A stretch of 64,000 nt of DNA from Caldicoprobacterales bacterium (GCA_050949255.1 JBMNFJ010000015.1:30646-94645), one strand, 5' to 3'; shown: positions 38,334-51,206, counted from the first letter of the stretch. A program made the numbers and translations. Notes: generated by a model from the sequence alone, not told the origin.

Positions 38334-38387
38334 CAGGCAAATGTTGGCTTATGATTTTTTGCCTTGCACTGAACCAGATCAAGCTAA

Positions 38388-38412
38388 AATAGGGCGGTTA
38401 AACCGCCCTATT
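38388..38412. terminator. Perfect palindrome between convergent genes
   Basis: AATAGGGCGGTT-A-AACCGCCCTATT; T tracts are weak on both sides. Confidence 0.55.
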
Positions 38413-38419
38413 GACTTTA

Positions 38420-39115
38420 TCACATTTCATCATTTCTATATATATGCTCTATTCCTGAAGGTCTTTGTCTGTACCATCTGATAAGCTCATCCATGGAATC
38501 TATATCTCCAGGTAAAATTATACCCCCTCTTCCAACATCCCCTGTTTGATGTGAGTCTGATCCCGAGCTCATCATTAAGCCGTTGCTTTTAGCATAGTTG
38601 TAAGCCCTGTCGTTGCCGGAATCATGCCTGGGGTTTCCGTTGTGTACCTCCATGCCATCCAACAGATTACCGGCTGCGGGGGTCAGGCCTGGACGAAAAG
38701 GATGGGCCTGGAAGATCAAAGCTCCCGTCTCTTGGATATGGTCCCTGAAGTCTTCCAATGTGTAGAGGTATAGCCTTGGATTCTGAAGCAAATAGTCCTC
38801 GTCCAGCCCAAACACCAGGTAGTCTTCCGATCCGTAGACGAACCTGATTTCCATCCCGAGAAAAACCTTTACTCCAAGGGCATTACCTCTCTCCAAGGCG
38901 GCTTTATAGCCGGAAAGAAAGGATTGGATCTTTTCCTCCCAGGGTCTATTCCCCAGGGATTCAAAGTACCCCTTATAATAGTGATCCGTTATTATAACGC
39001 CTCCGTAACCGGCCTCCTTATAAAGCTCAATCATCTCCTCGGCTGGTACCTTTCCGCAGGGGCTAACCTGGCTGGTGTGCACGTGGGTGTCAAGCAGCAT
39101 CAGATTATCCTTCAT
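38420..39115 (-). CDS. PHP-domain metal-dependent phosphoesterase
   Basis: LLDTHVHTSQVSPCG..VIITDHY..GMEI..FQAHPFR..SGSDSH. Confidence 0.8.
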   Translation of the reverse strand: MKDNLMLLDTHVHTSQVSPCGKVPAEEMIELYKEAGYGGVIITDHYYKGYFESLGNRPWEEKIQSFLSGYKAALERGNALGVKVFLGMEIRFVYGSEDYLVFGLDEDYLLQNPRLYLYTLEDFRDHIQETGALIFQAHPFRPGLTPAAGNLLDGMEVHNGNPRHDSGNDRAYNYAKSNGLMMSSGSDSHQTGDVGRGGIILPGDIDSMDELIRWYRQRPSGIEHIYRNDEM

Positions 39116-39117
39116 TC

Positions 39118-40536
39118 CTACGCCTCCAGCAGGAAGGCCCGATAACCTCTCATGGTTTCATAAATATCGGCCTTGCTGGCCACCTCCCATGGGGCATGCA
39201 TATTATGAAGGGCTACACCGCAGTCTATTACGTCCATACCGTATTCCGCCAGGATATATGCTATAGTTCCGCCACCGCCCTGGTCTACCTTCCCCAGTTC
39301 CGATGTCTGCCACATAACATCATGCTTCTCCATAATAGCCCTGAGCTGGGCTATGAATTCCGGATTGGCGTCATTGCTGCCGCTCTTTCCCCTTACCCCC
39401 GTATACTTGTTGAAGGTCATCCCTTTACCCAGGTAAGCAGTGTTTCTGGGCTCAGTGACCGAGGGATGGTTGGGATCATATGCAACGCTGACATCGCCGG
39501 ACAGCATCTTTGAGTTAGCCAAACATCTGCGCAGTTTCAGCTCACTGTAATCTCCCGTCAGATTCATAATCTCGGCCATGGTATTTTCAAAGAATCTGGA
39601 AGTCATGCCGGTGGCTCCTACACTACCGATCTCCTCCTTGTCAACCATAAGGGCAACACAGGTTTTATCCGGGTTTTCTATATCCATGAGGGCCTTAAAG
39701 GCTGTATAGGCGCATACCCTGTCATCGTGTCCGTAGCCCATAACCATGCTTCTGTCCAACCCATAGTCCCTGGCCTTCCCTGCGGGGACCACTTCCAGCT
39801 CCGCAGAGACAAAATCTTCCTCATCTATACCATACTTTTCGTTAAGGAGCCTCAGGATGTTTTTCTTAACCCTGGCCTTGTCCTCCTTATCTCCCACGGG
39901 GATGCTTCCCAGGGAGACATTTAAGTCCTCTCCCTCTATTGCCTTGGAGAGCTTTTTATCCATTTGATCCGCCGCCAGGTGGATTAACAGATCCGTTATC
40001 CCTACCACCGGATCGGCTTCGTCTTCCCCTATTACTACATCCACAAGGCTGCCGTCCTTTTTTACTACCACGCCGTGGATGGCCAGGGGCAGGGTAACCC
40101 ATTGGTACTTCTTTACACCGCCATAATAGTGGGTCTTGAAAAGGGCCAGGCCCGAGTCTTCATACAGGGGATTCTGCTTTAGATCCAGCCTTGGGGAGTC
40201 CACATGGGCCCCTATAATCCTCAGCCCATTCTCCATAGGCTGACTGCCAATGACGAATAAGGCCAGGGTCTTGCCCGCATTGTTGGCATAGACCTTATCC
40301 CCGGGTTTTAAAGCTTGTTTTTCCTCAATTAAGGTAGCCAGATCCCTGTATCCCTTTTCCTCGGCCAGTCTGATAAACTCAGTTACGCATTCCCTCTCGG
40401 TCTTGCATTTGGAAATAAATTCCTTGTAGTCTTCGGAAAATGCAAAGACCTGGTCCAATTTCTCCCCGGTATATTTATCCCATACATACCCGTAGGTTTT
40501 TTCTAAATCTTCCCCTCTTTTATCCTCCATACTCAT
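39118..40536 (-). CDS. M18-family aminopeptidase
   Basis: IGAHVDSPRLDLK..HYYGGVKKYQW..GYGHDDRVC..DKEEIGS..DVIDCGVALHNMH. Start ambiguous among 40530, 40536 and 40545. Confidence 0.85.
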   Translation of the reverse strand: MSMEDKRGEDLEKTYGYVWDKYTGEKLDQVFAFSEDYKEFISKCKTERECVTEFIRLAEEKGYRDLATLIEEKQALKPGDKVYANNAGKTLALFVIGSQPMENGLRIIGAHVDSPRLDLKQNPLYEDSGLALFKTHYYGGVKKYQWVTLPLAIHGVVVKKDGSLVDVVIGEDEADPVVGITDLLIHLAADQMDKKLSKAIEGEDLNVSLGSIPVGDKEDKARVKKNILRLLNEKYGIDEEDFVSAELEVVPAGKARDYGLDRSMVMGYGHDDRVCAYTAFKALMDIENPDKTCVALMVDKEEIGSVGATGMTSRFFENTMAEIMNLTGDYSELKLRRCLANSKMLSGDVSVAYDPNHPSVTEPRNTAYLGKGMTFNKYTGVRGKSGSNDANPEFIAQLRAIMEKHDVMWQTSELGKVDQGGGGTIAYILAEYGMDVIDCGVALHNMHAPWEVASKADIYETMRGYRAFLLEA

Positions 40537-40631
40537 CAAACACATCTCCTTCTATTTGCTTATGGAATCGATACCGCAATTATTGCTTAAACTTTTCTGA
40601 AATAATTACAGCGATTATTACGGGTCAATCC

Positions 40632-41075
40632 CTATAAGTTCCTTTCTTCTATCTCTCTAATCATATCTACCCTTCTCTGGTGCCTGCCGCCTTTAAATTC
40701 CGCCTTCAGCCAACTGTCTATGATCATCTTTGCAAGGCCAATGCCCACAACCCTGGCGCCTAAAGCCAGGATATTGGTGTCGTTATGCTCCCTGGACAAC
40801 ACTGCCGTGTAGCAATCGCTGCAGGCCACGGCTCGTATTCCCTTAACCTTGTTAGCCGCCAGGGATATACCCACCCCTGTACCGCAGATTAGGATGGCTT
40901 TCTCACACTCGCCCCTGGCCACGGCCTTGGCGACCGCCTCACCATAGATGGGATAGTCGGTACTCTCTTCTGAATACGTACCAAAATCCTTATAGGCTAT
41001 TCCCTTTTCATCAAGATATTTTTTTATCTCCTCTTTAAAACGGAAAGCAGCATGGTCACTGCCAATAGCCAACAT
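40632..41075 (-). CDS. rpiB: Ribose-5-phosphate isomerase B (RpiB/LacA/LacB family)
   Basis: IGSDHAAF..ILICGTGVGISLAANK..RAV..SREHNDTNILALGARV. Confidence 0.9.
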   Translation of the reverse strand: MLAIGSDHAAFRFKEEIKKYLDEKGIAYKDFGTYSEESTDYPIYGEAVAKAVARGECEKAILICGTGVGISLAANKVKGIRAVACSDCYTAVLSREHNDTNILALGARVVGIGLAKMIIDSWLKAEFKGGRHQRRVDMIREIEERNL

Positions 41076-41152
41076 AAAAGCACACTCCTTGTAATTATTT
41101 TAAAACAGCCCAAACTACCAACAATCCTTATCGAGGGGCGACAAGAAACCAA

Positions 41153-41740
41153 TCAGTCCTTTATCAAGGCGGGGTGTTTCAGCTTGTCAGCCAATAGCTC
41201 CCAGGCCTTTGGACAATCTTCGAAGGTATAAAGTGGCCTGAATCCAAAATCCAGATACATGTTGATCGCCTTCCAGCTGGTGGTCTGAGAAGTTAGATAG
41301 GCCTTCTCGTGGGATTCCTGCATCCGTTTAATAGCCCTGGCTACCAGTGGTTTTCCCAGTCCCCTGCCCTGGTGGCTGGGGCGTATTGCTATCCAGTGCA
41401 GCCTGCCGATTTCCTCACCTTTAAAATCCTTATCATACCAGCCCATGGATGTCCCTATGGGTCCGTCGTTCTTGTCACACAGGAAAAAACATCTGGTAGC
41501 CAGCTCGGACTCCAGTCCCCCAAACTCGTCCATAAATCGTTCCAGGGCCTTATCCTTGCTGGGAAATTCTCCTGCGGCGGTCTCAATATCGGCCCAGATT
41601 GACTCATCCCCAGCCTGGAAGTTGCGGAAATAATAGCCTTCCGGCAATGGTTTATCAACATTGCTGTTCTTTAAGTCGTTGTGGATCATCCTTATACGGT
41701 AATATTTCACCACAGATCCCCCCATGAAAGTTTCATTCAT
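41153..41740 (-). CDS. GNAT-family N-acetyltransferase
   Basis: HWIAIRPSHQGRGLGKPLV acetyl-CoA binding motif; start uncertain. Confidence 0.75.
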   Translation of the reverse strand: MNETFMGGSVVKYYRIRMIHNDLKNSNVDKPLPEGYYFRNFQAGDESIWADIETAAGEFPSKDKALERFMDEFGGLESELATRCFFLCDKNDGPIGTSMGWYDKDFKGEEIGRLHWIAIRPSHQGRGLGKPLVARAIKRMQESHEKAYLTSQTTSWKAINMYLDFGFRPLYTFEDCPKAWELLADKLKHPALIKD

Positions 41741-41876
41741 ATTGTCTATGAATTCTCTACCCTGGATACTAACATTATACCCAGGTCTTCTAAATCATTA
41801 TCATCATTTATTCCTATTGTCAACAACCCATTATTTCAAATCATTATTCCAATCTTATGGCAAACAGTAATACGTA

Positions 41877-42298
41877 GGTAATGGCTATTGATCGCTAAGT
41901 TACGTTATTATATGGGAGGATGGTTTGTATCTGCTGCTTCCAAATTACATCGGGAAGCTGCCTTAATAGAATCTACCTCCACAAATCCATCCTCCTTAAT
42001 AACATTACTAATATATCAACTTGTATAGCATATAGCTAACTGAGATAGTGCTTGTAATGGAAATTGGCTATTGATAAGCGAATGACTTCATTGATTTGGG
42101 TAAGAAAACTTGGCTTATGGAATGCAGAAAAGCCGTAGCTTTAAGCAGGACGCTTAAAGCAGCTTCCTTCCGGCAGGACGCCGGATTGGAAGCGGTAGGC
42201 TTTTCAAATGGAATAAGCCTTAGTTTTCTCCAAATCGATGTCGGAAGGAGCGATCAATAGCTATTGCCATAACATAGTTAAGCAATAAGCTAATACAC
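41877..42298 (+). repeat. Compound (~420 bp) copy of the intergenic element: type II modules + hairpin A carrying an extra two-hairpin insert
   Basis: GGTAATGGCTATTGATCGCTAAGT..GGAGGATGG..CCATCCTCC..TATAGCTAACTGA..GGCTATTGATAAGCGAATGACTTCATTGATTTGG..[insert 42139-42223]..CCAAATCGATGTCGGAAGGAGCGATCAATAGCTATTGCC. Confidence 0.85.
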
Positions 42299-42337
42299 CA
42301 GCATAAAATTGCCTTATTCTATTGAACCGTTCAACTG

Positions 42338-43843
42338 TTATTCAGCTGCCGGCCTTTTCTTTGCCTTATCTGCAGCTCCGGCATTTTCGGTAGCTGCCTG
42401 GCGATCCTGTGCCATCTCTTCAACGGTCTTGGTCTTGAGCCTGGCGGCACCCTTGTAGCCTTCCCTGGTTGGGATCAGATTGCCTTTGGCCAGCCTTTCC
42501 TTAGCTTTTGCTATAGCCTCTCCATATTGGGGCAGCCACTGTTCCTGGGCTACCAGCATCTCATCCACCATTTGCCAAATCTCCGGAGGATTGCATACAG
42601 CCCCGACCAAGGGATCCATCATCATGGCCTGGCGCAACAGGGTGTCATCGGCATGGACTGCTGCTTCCACAGCCAGCCTTTGTACCGATATGCTGGCATT
42701 GCATATGGCAGCGCATCCCAGGGGCAGGTCCCCTATCTTTGGAATACTGATTCCGTTATAGTCTACATACCCCGGCACTTCAACGATGGCATCATCGGGC
42801 AGGTTGGTTATGGTTCCGTTGTTTACCACATTAAAATGCCCTCTATAGACTCGCCCTGTTTCCAGCCCCTCTACTATATAGGAGCCATGTTCGCCGCTTC
42901 TGTCATTGGGATCAAATTTGCGGGGCTCTTCCTTTAACCAGTTGGGAAAATCGGTCTCAAACCAATTGCGCCCTTCGGTACAAACCCTCAGATATCCTCC
43001 GGTTTCCCCGTTTATCCAGGTGCCCAAATCAATCCAGTCCATGATCTCGTCGGGACGTTTCCTGTACCAGGGCAGGTATTCGCTCAGATGGCCGTTGGAT
43101 TCCGTGCTGTAGTAGCCAAAACGCCGCAGTATATCTATGCGCACCTTTTCGGTTTTGCTGTAAACGGGATGCTCCTCGAAGGCCTTTAAAAGCTTACCCG
43201 TCATGTCCTCTCCCTTATGCTTTACCTGTATATACCATGTTTGATGGTTGATACCGGCGCAGATAATATCCACCTCGTCCTGCTCCAGTCCAAGAACCTC
43301 TGCGATTTGCTGGTGTCCGCCCTGAACACCGTGACACAGCCCGATGGTATTTACTCCGCCATACTTGTTGCATGCCCAGGTGATCATGGCATTGGGATTT
43401 GCATAGTTAAGAAGCAGGCAGCCGGGCTCTGCAACCTCCCTGATATCCTTGCAAAACTCCAACATAACCGGGATACCCCGCTGACCGTACATGATACCAC
43501 CTGCACACAGGGTATCGCCTACACATTGGTCCACACCATATTTAAGGGGTATATCCACATCCAACTGAAAGGCTTCAAGGCCACCTATCCGAACTACGTT
43601 GAATACATACCTGGCATCCCTTAGCGCCTCCCGGCGATCGGTAGTGGCCATGATCTTGATGTCAAGGCCATTGGCGTCGATATCCCTTTGGCAGAGCTGG
43701 GTGACCATGGACAGATTGCGTTCGTTTATATCCGTAAATGCCACCTCAATATTGTGGAACTCCGGCACCGAAAGCAGATCCTTTAAAAGTCCCCTGGTAA
43801 ACCCTATACTTCCGGCCCCAATAAATGCAACTTTAAAAGACAT
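42338..43843 (-). CDS. Glycoside hydrolase family 4 (NAD/Mn-dependent alpha-galactosidase/alpha-glucosidase type) with a Lys/Ala-rich C-terminal tail
   Basis: FKVAFIGAGSIGFT..NYANP..GLCHG GH4 signatures. GGAGG RBS before ATG 43843. Confidence 0.88.
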   Translation of the reverse strand: MSFKVAFIGAGSIGFTRGLLKDLLSVPEFHNIEVAFTDINERNLSMVTQLCQRDIDANGLDIKIMATTDRREALRDARYVFNVVRIGGLEAFQLDVDIPLKYGVDQCVGDTLCAGGIMYGQRGIPVMLEFCKDIREVAEPGCLLLNYANPNAMITWACNKYGGVNTIGLCHGVQGGHQQIAEVLGLEQDEVDIICAGINHQTWYIQVKHKGEDMTGKLLKAFEEHPVYSKTEKVRIDILRRFGYYSTESNGHLSEYLPWYRKRPDEIMDWIDLGTWINGETGGYLRVCTEGRNWFETDFPNWLKEEPRKFDPNDRSGEHGSYIVEGLETGRVYRGHFNVVNNGTITNLPDDAIVEVPGYVDYNGISIPKIGDLPLGCAAICNASISVQRLAVEAAVHADDTLLRQAMMMDPLVGAVCNPPEIWQMVDEMLVAQEQWLPQYGEAIAKAKERLAKGNLIPTREGYKGAARLKTKTVEEMAQDRQAATENAGAADKAKKRPAAE

Positions 43844-43974
43844 GTAAGTATACCTCCCTATTAAATGAATAATGTTAAACCCCAAATAATAAGCTATATT
43901 GCTCTTTAATCGCTTAATTGAAGATCTTTGGATCTTGAGCAGGCAGTCCCATAAAATCCTGACAAAAAGCAGTA

Positions 43975-44003
43975 TTGCAATCCACAGCCCTATGGTTTAA
44001 ACT
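43975..44003 (+). promoter_or_regulatory. Candidate sigma-A promoter for the small Cys-rich gene
   Basis: TTGCAA, 17 nt spacer, TAAACT. Confidence 0.4.
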
Positions 44004-44068
44004 ATCATGGTAATTAATTTTTCTTTATGGTAGCCATGGATGATCATGACAAAAAAGGGGATATGCCC

Positions 44069-44254
44069 ATGCATATAGAATGTTTCAAATGCAAAGCCCT
44101 CTTTGATGAGGAGACAAATACCCGCTGCCCCAGATGTCAGACCCCTGCTGATGAAATTATGCCCGGATGCGGTGGCTGCGGGGGTTGTGGCAATGAAAGG
44201 GCTTGTGGAGGCTGCTTAGGTTGCGGTATTCATGCCCACTTAGTAAACCAATAG
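44069..44254 (+). CDS. Small Cys/Gly-rich protein (zinc-ribbon-like CxxC..CxxC followed by GCGGCGGCG..CGGCLGCG)
   Basis: AAAGGGGA RBS 9 nt before ATG 44069 (ORF open from 44027), own promoter-like motif, strong terminator. Confidence 0.6.
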   Translation: MHIECFKCKALFDEETNTRCPRCQTPADEIMPGCGGCGGCGNERACGGCLGCGIHAHLVNQ

Positions 44255-44276
44255 GATGGATATTAATTTTTAAAAA

Positions 44277-44306
44277 GCAGAGTCGACAATAGACTCTGCT
44301 TTTTTT
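44277..44306. terminator. Bidirectional rho-independent terminator
   Basis: GCAGAGTC-GACAATA-GACTCTGC flanked by AAAAA upstream and TTTTTTT downstream. Confidence 0.85.
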
Positions 44307-44346
44307 ACATCTATCGGACATCTTGAGATATTGATTTGGCTATCTC

Positions 44347-44718
44347 TTATCGTTTCTCCGGAACGATCTCTATCCAGTATCCATCGGGATCCTCGATAAA
44401 GTATATGCCCATATCCTTGTTTTCAAAGCATATGCAGCCCATCTCCTTGTGGTGCTGGTAGGCTGCGTCCATGTCGTCAACTACCAGGGCCAGATGGATT
44501 TCATTATCAGATAGGTCGTAGGGCTCTTTCCTGTCCCTCAGATATGTAAGTTCCACTTGATGGCCCGTGACTCCATCACCCATAAACACCAGGATGAAGC
44601 TGCCGTCTTCAGCCTCAACCCGCCTTACCTCTTCAAGTCCCAAGGCCTCTTTGTAGAACTGGACGCTTTTATCCATGTCCATGACGTTAAAGTTGGTGTG
44701 CGCAATCTTAAACTTCAT
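44347..44718 (-). CDS. VOC-family protein (glyoxalase I-like)
   Basis: HTNFNVMDMDKSVQFYKEALGL..ELTY..HLAL..DPDGYWIEI. Confidence 0.85.
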   Translation of the reverse strand: MKFKIAHTNFNVMDMDKSVQFYKEALGLEEVRRVEAEDGSFILVFMGDGVTGHQVELTYLRDRKEPYDLSDNEIHLALVVDDMDAAYQHHKEMGCICFENKDMGIYFIEDPDGYWIEIVPEKR

Positions 44719-44776
44719 TTCCTTTGTCCCCTTTCTCTTTGTCCCTATTTATAATTCCTACTCGCCCATATGGCTT

Positions 44777-45520
44777 TTAGAATATGATCTCCTGCCCCCT
44801 GTGGGTTAACTCTACCACTCTTGTTTTATCCAATGCCTTGACTCTTTGAGCAAATGCACTGGTTATACCATACTCTTCCCCAAAATGCATGGGGATAAAG
44901 ACCTTAGGTTTAAATCTTTTTATAAAATACTCCCCACCCATATAATAATACTCCTTAAGCCTGGGGTCAACCGGAAAGAAGGCAATGTCAACGGACATGT
45001 CCCCCATCCTGTCCAGCTCCCTTAAAAAGCTGCCCTTGTCCTCCTTCAACTCCTGAAGGGTTGATTCATAATACCAATACCAGCAATTAAGGTCTCCGGC
45101 ATGAAAGATCCTGAGGCCGTCTATTGTAACCAGGAAGGAAACCCCCAGGTCTGTGGAATCATAGGTTTTGACGGTAATGCCGTCACCTGTGTATTCCTCG
45201 TAGGGAGCCATGCTCTGGTACCTCAGGCTTCCTGAAGGTGTTTCCACTTCAAAGCTTAAGAAGTAGTGGATATCCTCATTTATCTCCTTCCAATCATAGA
45301 TAACCGGGTTGTAATGATCGTGATGGCTGTGGGATACAAAGACGTATACTTTCCGGGCATCCCTCAGATCCTTAGGGGATATGGTTCCCTCCCTAAGCCC
45401 TCTGGCCCCCGATTCGGACTGGTCGGAATAATAATCGAAGATCAGCAGGTTACCCTTATACTTAAGGGCAAATCCACTGTGGTACAGGTAATATATCCTT
45501 GCCAGATTATCGTCCAACAT
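44777..45520 (-). CDS. MBL-fold metallo-hydrolase
   Basis: VFVSHSHHDHYNP (HxHxDH) and FHAGD motifs. GGGGAG RBS. Confidence 0.8.
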   Translation of the reverse strand: MLDDNLARIYYLYHSGFALKYKGNLLIFDYYSDQSESGARGLREGTISPKDLRDARKVYVFVSHSHHDHYNPVIYDWKEINEDIHYFLSFEVETPSGSLRYQSMAPYEEYTGDGITVKTYDSTDLGVSFLVTIDGLRIFHAGDLNCWYWYYESTLQELKEDKGSFLRELDRMGDMSVDIAFFPVDPRLKEYYYMGGEYFIKRFKPKVFIPMHFGEEYGITSAFAQRVKALDKTRVVELTHRGQEIIF

Positions 45521-45878
45521 CTATCACTCCCCTATTTAAATATCTGAATCAATAGTTATGGCTGACCAAACACAATTTGTCCAACTAAGACAAGGGATTG
45601 GTTTAATAATATATAACACCCAACCGGTCCTTAAAACCACAATAAGATTATATATTGGAGCTTAACCAAATGCATACATCCTATTCCAGTATCACCATTC
45701 GAATCTGAAGAGGACTTACTACATCTTTCACTATAGATAAAAGAGTACAAAATATCAAAATATAATAATATAATCAACATGCTTTTTTTGATAGAGTGTA
45801 ATTAGTATTGGATTATTCCAGCATGTATTGACTATTTTATCTGAAATAAAATTACACTCTGTCCAAGGAGGAATAGGT

Positions 45879-46916
45879 ATGAATTCATTAGAAAGAGTAT
45901 CCCTGATTCTCCAACACAAGGAAGCCGACCATGTGCCGGTCTATCCCCTGATCAATAGCATATCCCGGAACTACACCGGTATAGACTACGCCACCTGGTG
46001 TCAGGATACCAATCTGTGCGCCGAGTCCATAATCAGGGCCACCGACGATCTGGGAGTGGACGTCATCTGTTCATTGGTGGACCTGTCCGTAGAGGCGGCA
46101 GATTTTGGCCAGCCCATAGAATACCCCAAAAATGAAGCGGCCCGTCCTGTCCACAACGAGAGAATAATTAAATCCATTGAAGAGTATAAAAATGTTGAGC
46201 CGGTCAATCCCAGGAAAACCCATAGGATGAGCGAGCATATCCGCCTATGCGATATCCTGATGAAGGCCAGAGGTAAGGAGAAACCGGTGGTCGCCTTTGT
46301 CTTCGGGCCCCTGGGGGTTGTCAGCATGATGAGGGGTCAGCAGGAGATGTTTATGGACGTCCTGGACGACCCGGAATCCGTACACCTAGCCCTGGAGGCG
46401 GTTACCCAGACCCTTATGGAATATTGCACCGCCCTTATGGAAACCGGAGTCCATGCCATTATGTTCGATACCCTGTATGCCTCCCAATCCATTATGAGCA
46501 AGGGGATGTGGGATGCCCTGGAAGGCCCCTATATGGAACGCCTGGCCAACCATGTCCATGACAACGGCTGTATGGTCATGATCCACAACTGCGGGACCGG
46601 CATCTATTTTGATGTGCAGATTAAGAGGATGAGGCCTCAGGCAATCTCATTCCTGCACATTCCGGATGATTGCAGCTCCTTTGCGGAAACCAAGGAGAAG
46701 TACGGGTCACAGACCACCCTCATTGGCCATTTACCCCCAAGCATGATTCTCACCGCCACAGCCCAAGAGATAGAAGAGGAATGCAAGAAAGAGATAGACA
46801 CCCTGAAAAAGGATGGCGGGTTCATACTGGCTACGGGATGTGAATACCCGGCCAATGCCAGTGTAGACTATGCCAGGCTTATGGTAAAAACAGCTCAAAC
46901 CTACGGAAGGTATTAA
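45879..46916 (+). CDS. Uroporphyrinogen decarboxylase-family protein (MtaA/CmuA-like methylcobamide methyltransferase type)
   Basis: HKEADHVPVYPLI N-terminus, URO-D-like length and C-terminal GGFILATGCEYP. AAGGAGG RBS before ATG 45879. Confidence 0.8.
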   Translation: MNSLERVSLILQHKEADHVPVYPLINSISRNYTGIDYATWCQDTNLCAESIIRATDDLGVDVICSLVDLSVEAADFGQPIEYPKNEAARPVHNERIIKSIEEYKNVEPVNPRKTHRMSEHIRLCDILMKARGKEKPVVAFVFGPLGVVSMMRGQQEMFMDVLDDPESVHLALEAVTQTLMEYCTALMETGVHAIMFDTLYASQSIMSKGMWDALEGPYMERLANHVHDNGCMVMIHNCGTGIYFDVQIKRMRPQAISFLHIPDDCSSFAETKEKYGSQTTLIGHLPPSMILTATAQEIEEECKKEIDTLKKDGGFILATGCEYPANASVDYARLMVKTAQTYGRY

Positions 46917-46927
46917 AAAGCTGAACC

Positions 46928-46960
46928 AAGGGGCGATACGATATCGCCCCTTTTCCTTTT
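46928..46960 (+). terminator. Rho-independent terminator
   Basis: AAGGGGCGAT-ACGAT-ATCGCCCCTT followed by TTCCTTTT. Confidence 0.85.
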
Positions 46961-47007
46961 ACCGCTATTTTTTGCTTTATCACATGTGGGTTTCTATCTT
47001 AAATATC

Positions 47008-47700
47008 CTATCTTTCACTCTCCAGCTTCCAGGTCTCATATAGATGAGGATCAAAGGGCGCCCTGCGTTTCTCACAGTTCTCCCTGGGGCAGAGCTGGCA
47101 GTTAATAAACTCCTTGTCAGATGAAAACCGGATGCCTGATATGGATTTCATAGGAAGCATTAAAAAGCTGTCGGTGAGCTCCACACCAACCTTTTCAAAT
47201 GGATCCCCCAGGAGGGTAAAGAGCTGCCTTTGCTGACTTATGGGCCAATCCTCCAGGGAACCGGGATTCATATTGGATACGGAGTCCAGCCCGTAATTGG
47301 ACTTCAGATGGTTCTGAAATGCGAGTATGGCCTCTTCCAGGACCGCCTCCATTATCTTGTCCATCCAATACTGCTCCAGTATATCCTCCAGTGACTTTGC
47401 CCAGTCATACAATTCCCGGCCGCAGGTACAGATATAGGGGTATACCCTGTCCAAGGAGTCCAGGTTTGCCCTCAGAAGCCGGCTGCTGAACTTCACCCCA
47501 TCTATCACTACATAATCCTGGCCTTTTTCTTCGATTTTCGCTTCTTTGTACAATACCTTGGGTTTTCCGATTTCCTCGGCAACCTTAATCAGTCTAAGTA
47601 AATCCTCTATATCTTCACTTTCCTCATCCATATGGAGCTTTTCCAGAATGCGGTTTAAATCCAGTTTAAAATCTATGGAATCTAAGATAATGGTATCCAT
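47008..47700 (-). CDS. Protein resembling the stand-alone methionine synthase B12-activation domain family
   Basis: 230 aa; SNMNPGSLEDWPISQQRQLF..LMLPMKSISGI pattern as in Met_synt_B12-like proteins. AAAGGGG RBS before ATG 47700. Confidence 0.65.
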   Translation of the reverse strand: MDTIILDSIDFKLDLNRILEKLHMDEESEDIEDLLRLIKVAEEIGKPKVLYKEAKIEEKGQDYVVIDGVKFSSRLLRANLDSLDRVYPYICTCGRELYDWAKSLEDILEQYWMDKIMEAVLEEAILAFQNHLKSNYGLDSVSNMNPGSLEDWPISQQRQLFTLLGDPFEKVGVELTDSFLMLPMKSISGIRFSSDKEFINCQLCPRENCEKRRAPFDPHLYETWKLESER

Positions 47701-47831
47701 GATGATAACCCCTTTCATATCTGGGAAATAACATGTGGGCCGGCAAGGCCAGCCCACATATCAATGCCGATGATCAGTACCTCTTGATCTTATCATATAC
47801 AACCCGTCAATGGAAGTGCAGAAAAGCTTCC

Positions 47832-51205
<3,374 letters not shown>

Positions 51206-51206
51206 A

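Noticed and set aside
42338-42540. C-terminal Lys/Ala-rich tail of the GH4 enzyme as a separate fused domain
   Set aside because: It is low-complexity (AKAKERLAKG...AADKAKKRPAAE), continuous with the GH4 frame and without recognisable motifs. It is most likely a disordered tail.
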